In this document: positions 47,827 to 52,259 of the stretch, piece after piece
How the letters are laid out: every line of letters starts with the position of its first letter
Position numbering within the stretch: position 1 is the first letter of the stretch
From: Octopus bimaculoides
Taxonomy: Eukaryota
Assembly (NCBI RefSeq): GCF_001194135.2
Contig: NC_068984.1
Coordinates: forward strand, 93,893,101-93,945,359
Length of the DNA: 52,259 nt
Reading direction: 5' to 3'
The notes under the pieces: generated by a model
The model's database searches: none
The model's input: the letters and a program-made list of their open reading frames with translations, nothing else
What the model was told of the DNA's origin: nothing
Translations under genes and position numbers: made by a program

Positions 47827-49020
47827 AATGATGATGATAATTCCCAACACCATCATCTTTATGTTTTACCAGGCTTGCATGGGTTTGATGGATCTTTTCC
47901 AGCATAATGTCTCTCTACTTTCACAGTCCCTTGTCATCTCCTTCATGAAGTTCAGCTTCTTGAGATCAGCTTTCACAATGTCTTGTTTTCCTCTTCTGGA
48001 GGTACCTTGCATTTATATCACTTGGTACTTCTTCACCCTACCAGAGCAGCACACTACACCTGATTCCACGCTTGCACACTACATCTGATTCCTTTTATCG
48101 TTAGTTTTTCGCTCACCTCATTTGTGTTTTAACATTCATGTACAATAATATAGCTGCACTTACTGCACATCACTAAGCATTTGTTACATATGAACATTTT
48201 TTCAGTCAGCTGTCTAGGATTCCACTACACATCTTGTACATGCACATAGTTTACATTGGGTATACTGCATGATATTCCTACTTAATCCTATGTTGATTGT
48301 CAAGTATGCCCACTTCCAAGTTGGTTGTAGAGTTCGGTTTTCTTTCCTGCTAACTAAAATTTTTGTTCCTGCTAGGTATATTTCAAGGTTTCTTGATTCT
48401 AAGCGTTGCTTCCACATTTTTTTCTCTAGATGTTTGACAGATTCAACATTGAGAACTAGGCCATTACCATACAGGAGGGGGATGAGAACCAAGCTAATGG
48501 ACTTCTATCTGTATGCAAAATTCCCGGCTTAATTCACTGTCAATTCTCACCTTGCTGATGGTATCTCTGAACACAATTCATACAACTCTCATAAACCATT
48601 TGTCTATACCTAGTTTTCTTAGTGATCATCAGACCATGATACCCTGTTTCAATAAATGAAAGGTACATATTGTGGCTTTCTCTAAACTAAGAACTTCTCA
48701 TATAGTTGTTTCACTATAAGGGGGTCATTAGGGGACCCTGTCCTCACACAAATCTCATCTGAGCTTTCTTCCAAATCAGCTGTATAACTCTTTCTGTTAC
48801 TTTCATATCTTGGTCCATCAATCTAAAGCTTCTACTTAGAGCATCTCCTTGCAACATCTCCCTGTACTACTCTACTGACTAGCGCATGTCCTACTTCATA
48901 GGATATTTTTAGTACCTCAATAATTATTCTTGATGGTACATTGAATTTCGCTGCCATTATATCCTTAAACACAGTTTTGACCAAAGAGCTATCCACTTCA
49001 ATTGCTGGACCCTCTGTTAA
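47827..49020 (-). mobile_element. Degenerate RTE LINE 3' part
   Basis: Track ORF 48214..48492 (KQRLESRNLEIYLAGTKIL) and a GRGKQDIV-like C-terminus. Tail lies near 47827-47880. Confidence 0.75.
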
Positions 49021-49188
49021 GTCTAAATGCCAAAAATTAAAATCTCAGTTTCAGGAAGAATAACTGAAAAGAAAGAACTAAAAAGTGAAAAGAGACAAAG
49101 ACTCAGAATAATAAAAGTAACCAAAGAAAAACATTTATGAGAAACATCTAACAAACAATAAGACAAAAAGAGATCATACATGACTTAC

Positions 49189-49249
49189 CGTGAAGATTTA
49201 TAACACGTATGCAACTACGAATAATCAGAGGAATTTCTTCTCCTGTATT
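49189..49249 (-). CDS. srGAP: srGAP RhoGAP exon: NTGEEIPLIIRSCIRVINLH(G)
   Basis: 61-bp exon bounded by CTGCTTACAG and GTAAGT. Resembles the vertebrate srGAP segment SGQAIPLVVESCIRFI. Embedded in track ORF 49148..49333. Confidence 0.95.
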
Positions 49250-50331
49250 CTGTAAGCAGAAGAGAGAAAATACACCGAAAACTGTTTTAGCTGTTATAAT
49301 TTTATATAAGAAAATAAATATGAAATTTAGCATTATATAAAATGTTTAATACCTACAAATAAATTTATAAAGATGGTGAAAAGAGAAAATGATAAACAGT
49401 TTTTAATATACATAAAAACATAGTAAACATGAAATTGCACATAAAAAATTAGAGTAACGGAAAATCCTTTTGTTGTTTAATTCCAAATTAGCCATGACGA
49501 AGCAGATTTATAGTCAAAGGCATTTCTGTTAAGATATCCTTTTATTTCTATTTCAGACAGGTTACCTTACCCAATGTTTCATTTGCTTTTAAAGATATTA
49601 AGGCATGTGATTTGTTGGTGATTTAGCATTTATCCCTAGCATGTTGAATGATTTTATAGAGGCTTCTTAGTAGGCTTAGGGAAAGTACTTATTTATAACA
49701 CAGGATGAGTTAACGCTGAACTTTATATCTGTTGATAGCCTGCATACAGGTCAGCAAGAGAAAAGTTTGAAACTGGGTACAAAAAAAGAATGTAAATATG
49801 AAATGTATAAGCCTAAAAAAATGTTTACAAAAGGATAATAATATTGAAATTAATGAGGTCCTGGAGAAGTAGCTAAACAAGAAATATCTGTTCTATTTTA
49901 TTTTATTTTATTTAGTAGCAAACACTGTTTTTAATTTAGATACAAAGTCAGTAATTTTGAAGGGAAGATGTTAATTAATCCTAATACTTGACTGGCATTT
50001 TATTTTATCGAACTCCATGAAGATGAAAGGCAAAGTTGACCTTCCCAAGACATATTTTTCCCCCAATGCACTAATGATTCTGCCAATCAATGATTTTCAT
50101 ATAGCCTTTCGACCAATGGTCTTTATAACTGATACAAGATTTCTCTGAATTATTTTGCATAAAGTGAATGCCTTTCACTCTCTTGCAATTAACATTACAA
50201 CTAACTTGCACTGATTTCTGAAAGATGGTTGAGGAAAAGCAAGCGAAAATTCTATCATTTATTTGGAATATTTTTATGAACCATAAGGCAAAGACTACAT
50301 CTCCCAACAATTTATATTAGAAGGAACTCAC

Positions 50332-50434
50332 ATCAATATATTCTTCAAGACTGCCTCCAAACAATTTTGGCTGCCCTACAGGTGGTGTACGGCCAATACG
50401 ACGCTTCCTAGGTTTTGCTCGGAAAGATAAAGGT
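50332..50434 (-). CDS. srGAP: srGAP-family exon just N-terminal of the RhoGAP domain: (x)PLSFRAKPRKRRIGRTPPVGQPKLFGGSLEEYID
   Basis: 103-bp exon bounded by TTTTTCATTGACAG and GTGAGT. The KLFGGSLEEY motif is typical of the RhoGAP start in srGAPs. The phase-0 end joins the next exon in frame. Too short for the ORF track. Confidence 0.93.
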
Positions 50435-51059
50435 CTGTCAATGAAAAAGAATCTAATTAAATCATAAAAACAGAAAGGAAAAATTCAATACATTTAATAA
50501 CTTATTTAACTTAATATATGCCTCAAGTTCTGAGATAGGTTATTGTTAATAACATAATTTTTTGAAAACATTTTTAACATAGAAGTAGAGTAAATATAAC
50601 TGCATAGTTATGAAGTTCACTCCCCCAATTACATGTCTCTGGCTTCAGTCCAAGTACAGAGCTACTTGAGCAAGCATCGACTGAACAAAGGCCTATGAGT
50701 AGATTTTGTAGATGAAAAGTGTTGTTTACTGTTGGTGAAATCCTGTACACATATATGTATGTATGTATGTATGTTATCAATCAGTTTCATTTCTGTATTT
50801 CTTGTGCATAGAGAAAGAGCCAGACTCTAACATAGATTCAAGGCTCCTTCATTGGAACTTTTATCAACATCATCTAGGTATTTGTGCATATATGTGTGTG
50901 TGCAGTATTTGGTGTTAGTGTATGCGCAGATTTGTATGTTTGTTTTATGGATGCGTTTTAGATGCATGCATATGTATTTATGTGCTAAATTTTTGGAAAG
51001 TTTTACATATCTTTACAGTTCCATTGATGGCTTGAATCTGTAGTCTTCTAATCAGCCTT

Positions 51060-51570
51060 TTTCTTTCAGGTTTTGAGAACCCTAATTTTTCCAGGTTTTT
51101 GTTGAGGCAGTTCGTTACATATCACAATGCAACAACAATCACGGGTATGAATCTGAACTTGTAGTCTGGGTGGAGTATCTGTAAATTTCTCAGTAGCTCG
51201 GAGTAGTTGTTCTCTTTTTCTCTAATCTTTAGTGGGATGTTGACATCCGCAGGACAGCTGATTTCTATTACTGTACAGAGTTTCTCTTCTCTGTCCCAGA
51301 TTACTATATCCGGTCTATTATGTCTGCACTTTATTGAGGTTTTTATTGGGACATTCCACCAATACTCTTTCATATTGTGAGTGGTAATGGCCTCTACCTC
51401 ATTATAGGTTTTCATCTCCTTAGCCCCGGGGTTATCCTCTTGGTGGATTTCATTGTACAGTGTCTTGGCCACAACATCATGTCTCATAGGTAGGTAATAC
51501 CGTGATGACATTTTTGGACAGCTGCTAATGATGTGGGTAATATCTTCGATACTGATTCCACAGAGTCTGC
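51060..51570 (-). mobile_element. R4/NeSL-type non-LTR retrotransposon C-terminus (CCHC finger plus restriction-like endonuclease)
   Basis: CRLCGISIEDITHIISSCPKM precedes track ORF 51122..51511, which contains RHDVVAK, NRPDIVIWD and IEISCPAD...KENNY, the RHD/PD..D/E..K RLE signature. Confidence 0.9.
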
Positions 51571-51609
51571 ATATATATATATATGTATATGTATATATAT
51601 ATATAATTA

Positions 51610-52259
51610 GAAATATAATATTTCTAAATCTCTCAGAGAGATTTAAGCAGTAGTGGAGCGATAAAGTTGTAGTATATTGTCAACTTAATGTGACAATCCC
51701 AATAAGGGAACACACTACTGCCGTTTAGCCCTAGGAAGCTGGACCGCTTCCTGTCGGCCTTGACACAATTACTGTGTCCTTAAGTTTGCGAGGGGGAGAC
51801 AAGCTCCTCCACCCAGCCTAGCCAGCATTCAGGGACATGTTTCTGAGTCTTTGCTCGTCATCAGCCTGAAGTAGCTTGCCAGCTGGATAGAGAAGCCTGT
51901 TTGGCCTTCCTGGGCCTACCTCTTCCACAGGTTACCTCAAATGCTAAGGTGTGGCACTTTTTCACATAGCTATCCTCATCCATTCTCACTACATGACCAT
52001 AGCAGCGCAATCGTCTCTCTTGCACACCACAACTGATGCTTCGTAAGTTCAATTTTTCTCTAAAGGTACTGATACTCTGTCTAGTATGCACACTGACATT
52101 ACACATCCATCGGAGGATACTGGCTTCCTTCCTTGCAAGCCTACGCATGTCCTCAGCAGTCACGGCCCATGTTTCACTGCCATGAAGCATGGCTGTTCGT
52201 ACACATGCGTCATACAATCTGCCTTTTACTCTGAGAGAGAGACCCTTTGTCTCCAGCAG
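51610..52259 (-). mobile_element. RTE LINE C-terminus and 3' UTR, running off the window edge
   Basis: Track ORF 51861..52217: YDACVRTAMLHGSETW...LRCYGHVVRMDED...GRGRPRK. Confidence 0.92.

Overview
AT-rich, repeat-dense, gapped metazoan genomic DNA. The (TA)n/(TACA)n microsatellites, tRNA-derived SINEs and RTE-LINE tails look like an octopod cephalopod, probably Octopus; this is an inference from repeat content, not a database result. The one recognisable host gene is on the minus strand: seven GT-AG exons (50434 down to 30294) splice in frame into the RhoGAP domain and following acidic linker of an srGAP (SLIT-ROBO RhoGAP/ARHGAP4 family) protein. The F-BAR exons lie beyond the right edge, and I could not find the SH3 exon in the window. 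The rest is intronic or intergenic DNA with transposon relics: RTE, CR1/L2-type and R4-type LINEs, two DD34D mariners, a DD37D Tc1/mariner, pogo, hAT (Buster/Charlie-like), piggyBac, and a SAP/SWIM TIR element inserted into a SINE. The most interesting signal is a set of hammerhead-ribozyme (HHR) motifs from several unrelated sequence families. One is a structurally complete type I HHR at 38106-38193. Another is a tRNA-headed, SINE-like HHR unit with an inverted partial copy showing compensatory stem changes (25124-25489). Two foldback elements (5773-7120, 7518-7620) carry degenerate HHR cores pointing outward from the hairpin apex. These suggest Penelope-like or retrozyme activity in and around the srGAP introns; activity is untested. 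All alignments and folds were done by eye. TE boundaries are approximate, while exon and HHR coordinates were counted base by base.
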